Shown: one piece after another, positions 13,560 to 27,560 of the stretch
Layout of the letters: every line of letters starts with the position of its first letter
How positions within the stretch are numbered: the first letter of the stretch is position 1
Source: Octopus sinensis
Lineage: Eukaryota
Assembly (NCBI RefSeq): GCF_006345805.1
Contig: NC_043009.1
Location: 68,014,001 to 68,078,000 of the forward strand
Reading direction: 5' to 3'
Length of the DNA: 64,000 bases
The notes under the pieces: model-generated
Seen by the model: the letters and a program-made list of their open reading frames with translations, nothing else
What the model was told of the DNA's origin: nothing
Database searches by the model: none
Made by a program: the position numbers and the translations under genes

Positions 13560-14480
13560 AATATACTGCATCAAAAATGTCCTTCACTTTGGAAACATAT
13601 TTGAAAACATCAGTACAAAATTTGTTCTTTTTCGATTGATAAGGAATGTCTTTGTAAATAATATATCATCTTAAATTTAGTTGTTACGTCGATATATGCT
13701 TTTGGCTGAAAGTTGTCATCCATTTCTATGCTGGTACATACTAAACGACTGAAGATGTTCCCGCTAATCGAACATTTATAACAGTTCATTCACTTACAAG
13801 TGAATTTGGGAATAGTTTCAACACTGTTTAACAGTAAGTTTGCGTCACTAGAATATAGAGATACCGAACATTTTGACACAAGAGTAACAAACTTTAATAG
13901 AATATTATAGTCTTTACAATACAAAAGTTTTCCGCGAAATGAAGTAAGACTAACATAATAAACACCGTATGTCTATTTGTGCGAACATTGAAGCTAAAAA
14001 TTGGATTACATCACCGAATATTCCCGTTTCAATTCCAACAATTTAAAGTTAAATGCCTAGGTATATATTCTGTCCTTTACAAAACCTATTGTTAAATACT
14101 TTATGTTAGAAGCTGTTACATCTGAGAACGTTGGAGAATGAATTCAGTGGATGGTTAGAACGTTTATAATATTGCAGTCATTCACCAGGAGTTTCAAAGA
14201 AACATTTTAGGATCTAAAACTGTTTAGAGAACTAAGTTTTGCAAGCTGACTCTCGAAAATAATTTCAAAAATATATTCATTGAAAAATAAGGTAACTTTC
14301 TTAATCTGTATTTATTATATCCATTCATATTTGCAATCATTATGATATATACCTCCGACCAACAACCGGAAGACATTTCTGCAACAAACGTAAAACAACA
14401 TCTTCGCCTCCTTCAAATGCACTCCTACCTACATCAATCAATTTGAAATATAAGATATAGAGTATACAAATTATGTGCAA
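13560..14480 (-). mobile_element. Decayed Penelope-like element (RT thumb to GIY-YIG)
   Basis: Minus-strand remnants AFEGGE, RSNHP, GNIR*CNPIFSFNVRTN (cf. RNIIWFNPPFS..V.TN), KAYIDVTTKFK. Confidence 0.55.
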
Positions 14481-15085
14481 GTGTTTATGCATGGTAAAAC
14501 ATCTTTTATTTTATATTCTGATCATCGATAAGTGTAAGGTATTTTTTCACTGATGAGGGCCGTAAGATAATCAGAAGGATCCCTTTCTCTGTCCACGGGG
14601 ACGTAATCATTCTCTGGAGACGCTCATTGGCTTGACTAGCAAAAAAAAAAAAAAAGCCTACATTGCATTTGAAATAATTCGAAACCATTTGTAGTATGTT
14701 ATCGATTTATTCATCGATGTCATTTCTACGCATAGTGTCATGCAAATTAGTCAATTTCTGACAGAATATGTGTATCTTATAAATAATTATTAGCTAATAT
14801 TTCCGCACACAGGAACATAAATATTCTTTCTTTTATAAATGCTTAACGAGGCTACATAAATAAAGTGATTCCGATTGTTTCTCAAGGCGAAATAAAGCTA
14901 CAGCATATCCATTTTGTTTTAAAATACACAACAAGCTAAATAGAATGATTAAAAGAAAATATTCGTAACATTTCCAACTTCGAAAACTACAATATATATA
15001 TTTATATAAATATATATATTATATATTATATATAATATATAATATATATATATATATATATTATATGTGTGTGTGTGTGTAGATT

Positions 15086-15125
<40 letters not shown>

Positions 15126-15477
15126 CACATATATATGCATGCATTTATACATATGGTTGGGATATGTGTCATAACATTTCCAACTTGAAAAACTACACTG
15201 TTAAAGGATATATATATATTATTATATATATATATATATATAGTGTGTGTGTGTGTGTGTGTGTGTGTCTGTGTGTGTGTGTGTGTGTGTAGGGTATTAG
15301 AGGATTTGGTTAAAAGAAGACCCAGAGGTGACATGTTACGTTGAGTGCTATAGACAGACCATAGTTATGCTCCAGGTTCGATAATGATACGAATGAGGAA
15401 TCATGTATATAAAAATTGACAGATTGAGATAAAAAAAATCCAAGGCTGTGAATAGTTTTCAGAACAATTATAAAGAG

Positions 15478-15525
15478 GTCTTACAGCTGTTTCCGGGATA
15501 TTTTATATATCCTTTCATCAGAGAC
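15478..15525 (-). ncRNA. Minimal type I hammerhead ribozyme motif (left arm of fold-back)
   Basis: Reverse-complement copy of 15581-15628 with one stem II loop substitution. Confidence 0.65.
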
Positions 15526-15580
15526 GGTGCCAGAAAATGTCTTCTCTACAATAATTATTGCTTAAACATTTTCTCGCACC

Positions 15581-15628
15581 GTCTCTGATGAAAGGATATA
15601 TAGAATATCCCGGAAACAGCTGTAAGAC
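15581..15628 (+). ncRNA. Minimal type I hammerhead ribozyme motif (right arm of fold-back)
   Basis: GTCT-CTGATGA-AA-GGATAT(ATAGA)ATATCC-CG-GAAA-C(AGCT)GTA/AGAC. Core intact, stem I GTCT/AGAC, stem III palindrome ACAGCTGT; the two pairs closing stem II are mismatched. Confidence 0.65.
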
Positions 15629-15757
15629 CTCTTTATAAATATTCTGAAAACTATTCACAGCCTTGGATTTTTTTTATCTCATTCTGTCAATTTATATATA
15701 TATATATATATGTTTATATATATTATCTATACATGTATATATATATGTATATATATA

Positions 15758-16148
15758 GGAGGCGCAATGGCCCAGTGGTTAGAGCAGCGGACTCGCGGTC
15801 GTAGGAACGCGGTTTCGATTCCCAGACCGGGCGTTGTGAGTGTTTATTGAGCGAAAACACCTAAAGCTCCACGAGGTTCCGGCAGGGGATGGTGGTGATC
15901 CCTGCTGTACTCTTTCGCCACAACTTTCTCTCACTCTTTCTTCCTGTTTCTGTTGTACCTGTATTTCAACGGGCCGGCCTTGTCACTCTCTGGTCACGCT
16001 GAATATCCCCGAGAACTACGTAAGGGTACACGTGTCGTTCCTGTGGAGTGTCAGCCACTTACACGTTAATTTCACGAGCAGGCTGTTCCGTTGATTCGGA
16101 TCAACCGGAACCCTCGTTGTCGTAACCGACGGAGTGCTTCTATCCCCA
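15758..16148 (+). mobile_element. tRNA-headed SINE family C in (TA)n
   Basis: A-box TGGCCCAGTGG, B-box GGTTTCGATTCCC; 3' tail shared with 51518-51833. Confidence 0.85.
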
Positions 16149-16190
16149 TGTTATATATATATATATATATGTGTATATATATATATATAT

Positions 16191-16226
<36 letters not shown>

Positions 16227-16990
16227 TTATATATATATAATATGTATAAATATATAAAAATAAATAAATATATATATATTATATATATATATATATATTA
16301 TATATATATATGTATATAGATAGATAGATACACACATATATGCATACAATTATACATACATAGGTATGGTTGGGATGTGGTTTTTTTGTGAGTCTGATTT
16401 GCTTTTTGATGTCTTTTACTGAAAATGATAAATTGATGCTGAAATGCTGTTTTATATGTATTGTTATATCAAAAAGAACTGCGAGTGACAAACTGCAAAA
16501 AAAAAAGGGAAAAAAAAAGAAAAAGTGAAAAATATTAATGAAGTCGAAATATGGAAAAGTTTCATTCTGTATGCAACAGTGTAAAAATATTGCTAATGTG
16601 ACTCTGTGATATAAGGAAAAGATATGATAATAATATACGACTATTTAATGCTAATTACAGAATTTTCTAATTTTGATAAATTAGCTTTTATTTACTATTT
16701 CAAATTTGTTTGATAATATAATTTACGATGTTTAAATTAATTAATGATTTTTATGTATATTTCTTGTTCAATCAATTGGACGTATATTTTTAATGTATTT
16801 ATAAATATTATATATTATATGTTTGATATCAATATTTTCATGGCATCGGTTTTGGAATCGTAGACGTATCGTATTCCAAATAAACATGGTGCCAGTGTAT
16901 TCTGTGATTATTCTTTATTATTGGAAGAACGAGTGTATTTCTCAGGCGTGATATATATATTTATATAATATATATATATATATATGTGAT

Positions 16991-17045
<55 letters not shown>

Positions 17046-17394
17046 CGTGTATGTGTGTATACACATATACATATATATGCATATATATATATACATATAT
17101 ACATACTTATATACATATATATGTATATATAAATATATAAATATACATATAAATATATAAATGCATATATATACACATACTCATATATATATATATATGT
17201 ATGTATATATATATGTAAATACATATATGTATATATATATATATATGTATGTATATATATATGTATGTATGTATATATATGAATATGACTGAATGATCAT
17301 ATATATGTGACATACCATTACTAACAACGTTCATTAATGTTTTTATTAATCACATTGTTATTGTTAGTATCATTATTATCATTATTGCTTATTA

Positions 17395-17475
<81 letters not shown>

Positions 17476-17664
17476 TATTATTATTATTGTTATTATTATC
17501 TTACAACCTGTAGTTTAGTTGCTTCAACAGTAACAATTATCAATTTTGCTTTCGCCATCAACAATATATAATTTTTTACTCTCACACGTTCCCCCTCCCC
17601 ATAACATATACACATGAATACGTAAATGCATACAGACGCATACACACAGACAGGCATATATGTG

Positions 17665-17754
<90 letters not shown>

Positions 17755-17809
17755 CATATGTACGCATGTATATACATATACACTATATATATATAATATA
17801 TATATATAA

Positions 17810-17840
<31 letters not shown>

Positions 17841-17860
17841 AATGATAATTATTATTATCA

Positions 17861-17939
<79 letters not shown>

Positions 17940-18215
17940 CATTATTAATGCCTAGGTGTTATGCGTTTCCATTCCGTCCATTAACTTCAGCTGAGTGGGA
18001 TAAGGTCGAGTATCCCGCCTTCAAGAGTTGATTTTTCAATAAAAAAATAAAATCCTCTTTTAAACCTCATCATATGAGGGCGTAACTTTAGCAATAAACC
18101 TTCATTACACGACATTTGATGCTCTCTTGAAATTAACGGTTGTACCAGGAAGCATAATATCCAGCTATAAATATATATATATGTACACATGCACACATTC
18201 AAACACAGACACAAT

Positions 18216-18310
<95 letters not shown>

Positions 18311-18420
18311 CATACACGTATTTAATCATTAAGAAGTTGTGTTAATTACTAAACATTATAATTCGATAAATATTTTATCTGAAATATCTATGGATTTTCT
18401 GATATTGATTGTAGCAATAG

Positions 18421-18476
<56 letters not shown>

Positions 18477-18560
18477 GTACTGAGAATTTACAAAAAATAC
18501 TAAAGATGGGTGTGTTAACAATAAATAGATGTATTAGTTTAACGCTTGGGGAGTGGGAAA

Positions 18561-18597
18561 GTCTTTTACGTTTCGAGCCTACGCTCTTCAACAGAAA
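18561..18597 (-). ncRNA. Variant or degenerate minimal hammerhead motif (core CTGTTGA)
   Basis: Minus: TTT-CTGTTGA-A-GAGC(GTAG)GCTC-GAAA-CGTA/AAAGAC. Stem II is perfect and stem III is ACGT, but core A6 is T. Confidence 0.4.
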
Positions 18598-18719
18598 TAA
18601 ACAGGGAGGGAAAATAGAAAAAGGTGTAGTGGCTAGCGATCTATCATAGCGAATGCCAGACACACACACATACACACCCACACACACACACATACACACC
18701 CACACACACACATAATATG

Positions 18720-18823
<104 letters not shown>

Positions 18824-19245
18824 TATACATATAATTATATACACACTGGCAGAAAGAAAGAGCGACAGAAAGATAGACAGAGATATACACACACACATAC
18901 ATATGTATATAACTACTTGGAGTTCCTTAATTCATAGTATGTCATCGCAAATAATTTATTGAAAACGATTTACATTCTCTGTCACACTTTTCCAACGGTG
19001 GTAGAGTTTGCCACAGACTTTTCATTTATATGTTTACCAGTTGAGATTAGTACCTTGTTGCCAGCCGAATGACACACAAATTGAAGTTTCTTTTCTGCGA
19101 CTGCACACATGAATTTAAACATAAGGAAGATAATTTATTATAGTCCTTAGTTTATAAGGAAACCACTTCATAACAATTGTCCACATACATGCAGGTGTTT
19201 CGGTTTCAACTCATTCAGTCTGCGCTCATACTTGAAGTAGACATA

Positions 19246-19411
19246 CCAGGGGTGGCTGAAAAGTTCCTGGCTTTGAGGATCAGTTAATTATGATTTTATT
19301 CAACGTGTTCCCCTCCCAGAGTCACACACTTATTGCAGCGATCCTTCAGTTTTTTTAAGCCCTGTTAAAGAATTCGGTATGTTGGGCAAGAGACTTTTCA
19401 GCACCCCGTCG
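19246..19411. mobile_element. Mariner-derived MITE (166 bp)
   Basis: Ends TA-CCAGGGGTGGCTGAAAAGT and ACTTTTCAGCACCCCGTCG-TA are imperfect inverted repeats flanked by TA. Confidence 0.75.
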
Positions 19412-19741
19412 TATATTCCTGATAAAAATGTGGTTTGGGCTCATATCACAATGTTCACTCCAATGTAATTGTGCTTTTCACACACAGACTATCCCTCTTA
19501 AAATTACTTTTGTCAACATTTTAAATTGCTTAGATAGGAATATCTTTTATTAAGAACACATTGATTCTTTCAACCTTTCTAAGCTTGTGTTTAGCTGGAA
19601 ACTTCTAGTAATGCCGAAATATTAACGGAATTATCACTTTCCTTACCAAACAACAGACTTGTTACGCTTTATATTCCGTTTCAAATCTAAGTAAATTTGA
19701 ACTTGAAATTGACTCACTTGCCTTTCACAAAGGATATTTAA

Positions 19742-20141
19742 TTCTTTATTGCTCACAAGGGGTTAAACATAGAGGAGACAAACAATGACAGACAAAGGGA
19801 CTGAGTCGATTACATTGACCCTAGTGCGTAACTGGTACTTATTTAATCGACCCCGAAGGGATGAAAGGCAAAGTCGACCTCGGCGGAATTTGACCTCAGA
19901 ACGTAGCGGCAGACGAAATACCTATTTCTTTACTACCCACAAGGAGCTAAACATAGAGGGGATAAATAAGGGACAGACAAACAGATTAAGTCGATTACAT
20001 CGACCCCAATGCGTAACTGGTACTTATTTAATCGACGCCGAAAGGATGAAAGGCAAAGTCAACCTTGGCGGAATTTAAGCTGAGAACGTGACGGCTGCGC
20101 ATTTCGCCCGGCGTGCCAACGGTCCTGCCAGCTCGCCGCCT
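19742..20141 (-). mobile_element. SINE family A, two tandem units (long-long)
   Basis: Reverse complement of the family A core repeated twice. Confidence 0.85.
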
Positions 20142-20712
20142 GCCTTTCACAAAGAATATTATCAACGCTGATAATTTCAGTTCTTTATCGCGGGCGATAT
20201 TTGAATTAATTAAGCATTTTAGAATTAGATTGTATGCTAATTTATTAGCTCTGTCACAAGTATATGTTCTTCATGCGGAAAGCATCCATTGGACAATTTT
20301 CCATGCCGAATATTTCTAGCGTTCATCTAGCATATTTAATATTTCTCGTATGATGTCTAATCATAAACGAGACTTTGATAATTAGTGTTGGACGCAGGAA
20401 AACATATCATAGCAACAACTACAAGAAATTTTATCATTTCATGAAATGTCTGCACGGACATAGCTTTAAGTTTATTAACTGATATATTTGAAATTGTCGA
20501 TTCAAGTTGTCTCTTCAATTATTCACGCATCAAAGAAAAAATAACTGCGAAAATATTTTAATATTTAATATAACTATAATAATAATAGACATTCACACAC
20601 ACACACACACACTGTTTCACACGCAAATATATGTAATGTATGTGTTTGTCTGTATATATATATATATATATATAATATATATATATATATATACATACAT
20701 ACATATATATAG

Positions 20713-20745
<33 letters not shown>

Positions 20746-20776
20746 ATATATACATACATACATATATATAATATAT

Positions 20777-20822
<46 letters not shown>

Positions 20823-21051
20823 CACATACTTTTAAATGTTTATATATTTATACACACATACATACACACATATATATACATTTAAATGTATTTATATGCA
20901 TATGCATTTACATAGAAACATATATGTTCAGGTATACTTATATGTATATACTTTCATATATCCATGTATAATAATACAGACACACACACACGCGCATATA
21001 TATATGCATATATACACATATAAACATATGTGTACATATATGTATGTATAC

Positions 21052-21086
<35 letters not shown>

Positions 21087-21132
21087 TGTATGTATATACA
21101 CATGTATACATATAATCATATCTAGATATTTG

Positions 21133-21194
<62 letters not shown>

Positions 21195-23276
21195 ACGTGT
21201 CTATATGTCTTATGTATGCAAATTGATCGAATAATTTGTGTAGGAGAAAATGTTTTGCGTCATTCGTTCCGTCTTCTGGTATCTTCGATCGAAATCCTAA
21301 CGAGTCCAGCGTTGATTGTCGTTCGTTTATTGTCGGTGAAATATGTCGCCGTCCAATGACAGCGGTGGGAAAGCCTTAAAACAAGGACCGTTCTGTAATT
21401 TCCCGGTTCTTAGCAGTTTAAGATTTTGGTGTAATTTGATCATAGAGCATCAAAAGACGGAATAATGACCATAAGATGACTTAATGATGCTGCCAGTCAC
21501 CACTCTGATTACGGAATGGACATGGATGCGATGGCGGAAGCTTAAAGATATGATGACAAAACTAGCAAAGTGTTCAATGAGAAACGATACGTGGTACAGC
21601 AATCATGAAATCGAATTACAATCCGGATAACTTGTGCCGTGGACGTCTTTTTCGTACACACACACATATACATACATACATGCATACATGCATACATACA
21701 TACATACATACATACATACATACATACATACATACATACACATGCACTCATGCGCGCACGCACGTACGCAAGCACGCTCGCTCGCACACACCTTATATTA
21801 TGTTTGTTATTATACTCACTTGTAATAAAAACAGTTGTACGTTAATCTGAAGGCTTATTCCAGACTTTTGTAGAGTACAAGAATATCAGAATATCACAGA
21901 CAGAATATCTGTCTAGCACTGTGTATAATTTCTTACGTAAGCAGACAAAACTTCTGATTTAACGTTGGAAACCTGGTAAGAAATTATGCATCTGAACTTG
22001 TTTACGCCACCAATGGGTGTTTGTCGCTCTTAGAAGTGTTAATGTGGCACAAATGTAAGGAATTAACTTCGATCTGGTATTGGTTACGATGTTATAGTCA
22101 TGGGTCATCGAGTGCTTGCCGTCATGGTGTTCACAAACATTTTTTTAATCGATATCGATTTCTTTCGATACAAGGTTAGATATTTGCGTGGAAAAAGAAA
22201 ATATGTTTGATTGTTCATCCAAAATGGCTTCAATTCAATGATTTGACATCAATCGGAAATCATAATCAATAAGAATTCACAACTTGCGCGTCAGATGTTA
22301 GTGCTGAATGGAAATGAGTTTTTGTGGCTTTAATGCCCTTCAGAAGAGTATGTTATTAATAACTTAAAGTGACAGTAATTGAGGTAAAAAATCTGGAGCA
22401 CAAATTCAGACTGTCAGAAATGTAAGACGTGTACTTCGGTATTCGGTTGATCTTTAATGCCACGAAGGGAATTCCTAAATCGTTAGATGTTTACTTTCCT
22501 CAGCTGAAAACTGATAAACATTTCTGCTCTTTTACTGATTACAATCTCGGTATTGAACGAGAAGGCTCGCCCTCAATCGAATTCTTTATAAGGTTATTAG
22601 GTAAGAGTTATGTCGTAACTAGTATAAGTGATGGGAAATCCTGTAAACAAAGATCTAGAAAATGCGTTACAAAATCAGTTTAGGCGGCCGCCGGAATGTA
22701 GGTCTTTCAGATGAGCATGTCAGAATATTTCAATTAAAAATCGTTAAATCTACTCATCAAAAGAATGGGCGAATTAGAAAGTGTAGCACTTATTATACCT
22801 TTACAAAGAAGATTAGCGTCGTGCGTAGAATGGAAAGATTTTCAATTGGGAAACGTGTCTATGCAGGAGATTCCACTCGTTTGTTGCGAAACTTTTTCTT
22901 TGCGGTGTGTTCTATGTTGTAATCGATATTAATCAACGTACGTAAGTTCTACAGATCAAAAGGAAGCCTTTTAACTGAAAGCATTAACGTATCTCCCAAT
23001 AGAGGTTCACAGGTCGATAGAATGAAATGTCTGGATTTGATTACCAATTTCACAGTCAAATGATTCCAAGTGATAGGAAAAAAGGAGACAGCTGACAACT
23101 GGTTCCGTTCTGCTGCTCTTAAGACATGCATTAAAATCGTCAGCACTATCATGGTAGCTAGTGGCAATTTCTCTGGGGAAATATGGAAGCTCTCGGCTGA
23201 AGTGTAAGATTTGGTTTCGATTTTCGATTAAACGAACTTCACTTCAGTGGCACCTAATATTATTAACGATCGAAAG

Positions 23277-23318
<42 letters not shown>

Positions 23319-24160
23319 ATGCTGGAGATACCTTTTCGATTTAATCACAGCTCTCTTCGATCAGGCCTAACCTAACACGAAGCAACATGAGATATGAGGA
23401 AACGTTCTACGTTTCTTTTTAACGTTTTTAAAAGTAGAGGAGCTAACCAAATGAAGACAAAATTTCTGAAGAAACAATATGGCTGCTGTTACATCAAATC
23501 TTCGGACACCCATATAACACTGCAAAAGCACCAATACAGACCGATAACCACTATTTATGATTTATCGCCCTGTCGAACATTATCAATAATTCATTAATAT
23601 TAGACCATACCAAGTGTAGACTTGTTAAAAAAAATAGGAAAAGTGCAATAAATAGTATAATAAATAGGTAAGTCATTATTCATAATGAAATATTGGGTTA
23701 CATCTTGGAATATAGCGTATTCGTTTTGTGTGTCTGGAGAAAATAATTTTGTCTCGCTAAGCAATCCCCATTAGCAGCATACACTGAAATGTTGAATTAA
23801 GTGGAGAAAGCTAAGGAACCCATGGACAGTTCTATAGAATTAATACTGCTTGTAGCGGTGTGAGGAGACAGTTCATTCTGGGGGTAAATATTTATAGATA
23901 CATGGAATATGTTATATGAGAATGAGATGTCTCAGTCAACAAGACAGAGCATCATCAGTGACAAGATACGAAACACTGGACTGTTTGGAAACTAGCCTTA
24001 CACCATATTCTTATGCTTTGTTCACCAAGAACTTACTAGCTTATGTAAATTAAAATAATGGCGAGATATCATTTTATATATTTGTGTGGGTGTGTCTGTA
24101 TGTATATTTGTGTACACATATATGTATATGTATATATATTGTATGTATATATATATATCT

Positions 24161-24200
<40 letters not shown>

Positions 24201-25757
24201 ATTATAATTAGGCAGATGCGTATATATATTGCCTTGTGTTTCCAAGCATATCTTCGGGCTAAATGTACTATTTTCCTATATAATTATTTCTGAGAATCGT
24301 TTAGATTCCATTTATACTCATATGACCAATTAAGTTACAAAATTTATATTAGGAAGCTCAATCTACCGTTTATACCAAACCCTCACACAAAACAAAACAT
24401 GAAAATAGTTAAAGGGTCCATTTAATTATTTCAGCAAGACAAGAGAAAGACACGTTTAACAAAAGCCACAAGAAAACCTTTCCTAGGCAAGAATCCATCG
24501 ATGGCCCACGCCTTCTGCAATTATTTAGCATGCTACGATTTGTTTTCTGTTTTTCTTTCTTTCTTTCCTAGCAGACACCCAGTAATGCTGAACGTAGCCA
24601 ATTTTTGTTTCGTTGGAATGTTTCGTAACTAACAATTTTGATTTTACGTTTCCTTTAATTTAATTTTCTTTAGCCACACCTGTTTGAAATGTAGACTTCA
24701 TCAGATGCTGCACTTTCCGATATAATGTTGTCTTAATTTACCTTGGACGTTAGGATGGTGGAGGAAGGTAAAAGGAACATCCAATTAAGTCAACGCCTAA
24801 TGGATAATCATGTTTTCAAGAGATTCCTCATCTCTTCATGTGTGAGTCTTGCAAAGTTATACGACCTTTGGAAACGTCTAGAAAATAGAATAAATAAAAG
24901 CTATACGCAAGGATGTAATACTTCAGTGGGTGAAACACTAAAATAACAGCTCATCAGATATGCTGGTGGTGGTGGTGGTGGTGATCTGCGGGGATCTGCG
25001 GGGATCTGCGGAGATAAATAATGAGTTCAAGTTTTCATTCCATCTTTAATAGCTACTTTCTTTCTCTCTCCTCCACAAATACACAAACACACACATACAC
25101 ACTCACACACAAACTGACACACATGCATACACATACACACACATATACACGCCCACACACAAACACACACACATACACACTGTTAACTGCGGCTATCCAT
25201 GCAGTTAATAAATAAAATCTCTCTCCAGATGTTTTCATGCTAAACCAACTGACTGGGGAATTACCCCCAATATGATCTAATTTAGTGATTGTGTAGGAAA
25301 GTATGGAGGATACCGTGTGAGTGTTTCAAATATAATAGTAAGGTATTTCACTGATCTTAAATCTTCACAGTAAAGATGGATGCGTTCAGGAGAAAGACAA
25401 AAAGTGGATCAATATTCGTTCATTATGATCGTCTCGTCTTCTCAGACGATAGTCGACTCGCATTCAGCCTGATTATTCGGATTTACGTTCATCCTTACAT
25501 GCGCGCGCATGTGACTTTTCACGCCAAACATTCATCGCCATTAGACCTTATATGATGCAAACTAGATTTTGAAAAATGAAATAAAAGTGAGACATTCTTG
25601 TGTCATTGGAATTAAGTGAAAAAACAGTTCGATATTTAAGAGATGAAGAAATATGTACATTATTTACATTATTTAAATTATTTACATTTGACGGATATTT
25701 GTCCTCATATATTTTGTTGTTACTCCGGGGGAAATCTCTTTACATATTCATTTGCTC

Positions 25758-25992
25758 TTTTACTTGTTTCAGTCATTTGACTGCGGCCATACTGGAACAC
25801 AGGCTTTAGTCGAACAAATGGACACCAGGATTTATCCTTTGTGAGCATAATACTTATTCTATCGGTCTCTTTTGCCGAACCGCTATATTAAGTGAACATA
25901 AACACAGTAAAATCGGTTGTCAAGCGATGGTGGGGAGACAGACATTTACATATACATATATATGTGTGTATATATATATATATATAATATAT

Positions 25993-26048
<56 letters not shown>

Positions 26049-26206
26049 CAACGAGTTTCAGCTTCCGTCTACCAAATCCACTTACAAGGCTTTTGGTCGA
26101 CCCGAGGCTAGAGTAGAGGACACTTGCCCAAGGTGCCACACAGTAGGACTGAACCCGGAACTATGTGGTTGGTAAGCAATCTACTTACTACACAACCACG
26201 CCTGTA
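25758..26206 (-). mobile_element. SINE family B, full length
   Basis: Reverse complement of the 992-1450 architecture. Confidence 0.85.
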
Positions 26207-27367
26207 GAATGAAAATATGACTAGACAAACAACCGGTATCGGTTTAGGTCATGACACTTATTTATTGCAACCTAGTTGTTGAGCTTTTAGAGCAGATCGT
26301 AAGAAATGAGAAAGTGCGTTCTTTACCTTCGTTCGCAGGCAAATGTAGGATATGCGTGTCTCTTCATGAAACCGCTTGCGACTGTCTGCACATTTTCAAA
26401 CTTCCTTATTTCTTCTGAACTCCAGTTGTAACACATCAGCAATTAGGTTTAAATATATAAACGCCATGTTCTAAACTGATACCAGTTGTTAGGTGGTAAG
26501 TTAGCTTCAACACTTATTCGACGTACCTATTACATTACATCATTAGACGCAATTTCACCTGAAATCTACATGCACACACACACACATGCATAATACATAC
26601 ATACATGCACACATATATACGCACACACATATATAATATGGTATTATATATATATATATATAGTATATATATATATATATAGATGAATATATGCATATAT
26701 ATATACATATATATATATAGTATACATATATATATATCACACATATAATATATAAGATAGACATATATATATATATGTATATATATATATGTTTACATAT
26801 ATATCTATAATGTATATATGTGTACTATATACATATATATATATGTATATGTATATAACCTATATATATATATATATACATATACAAACACATAATATAT
26901 ATATAATGTATAGATATATATATATACACACACACAACACATATGTGTATGTGTGTATATGTAGGTGGGTGTGTAGTTTGAAAGTGATTTATTTGCTGAG
27001 CAAATACTTTTTAAGTGATATGGTGCCAGCCATCTCTTTAAAAAATTATTATAAAGGTAAGAAATTCGAAGCCGAATTGATACGTGAGTGCAACTCGGTC
27101 TTAATTCTTCCCAGTAACAATTTTCTGCGAATTCTGCTTGTAACTTCGGAAATCACCAAACAATTATTATCCCTCAAATTATGGTCTTGTTATTTAGTCA
27201 AAAAGCATTGTTGATTTGTCTTCTCTTCGAGACCTTAATGCAATTTTTTAGCTGGAAATAGGCAACTCTTAATTTATATCTGCTTAACAGAAGCAAAATG
27301 CGTCTGATTTGGGAAAGGAATATATATCAACACCTGAACTTGACTCGATCCAGAATAATTGGTTTCA

Positions 27368-27560
27368 AATTTTGGTACAAGCATATCAATTTCAGGGAAA
27401 GGGTAAACTGATCCCAGTATTCAACTAATCCTTATTTTATCGAACCCAAAAGGATGTAAGGTAAAGTCGACCTCAGCGGAATTTGAACCCTGACCACAAA
27501 GACGGGCGAAAGACCTGCCAAGAATGTTACCGGTGCAGTAACGTTTCTGTCAGCTTTCCG
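27368..27560 (-). mobile_element. SINE family A, degenerate copy
   Basis: AAAGTCGACCTCAGCGGAATTTGAAC core. Confidence 0.7.

Larger units (their letters stand above)
15413..15693. repeat. Long inverted repeat (~128 bp arms, 25 nt spacer), probably a Penelope-like pLTR fold-back
   Basis: 15413-15540 is the reverse complement of 15566-15693 with only a few mismatches; the right end abuts a (TA)n run. Confidence 0.9.

Noticed and set aside
15758-15830. tRNA-like sequences with A/B boxes at SINE heads
   Set aside because: No complete cloverleaf, and each continues into a shared repeat body, so they are SINE heads rather than tRNA genes.
22504-22600. Possible + exon (TTACTTTCCTCAG...TAG|GTAAGA)
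   Set aside because: The peptide has no recognisable similarity and such sites are expected by chance; unsupported without RNA data.
24585-24690. ATG CTG AAC... signal-like start spliced over a 49 nt intron
   Set aside because: The intron is implausibly short and the spliced frame stops after a few codons.
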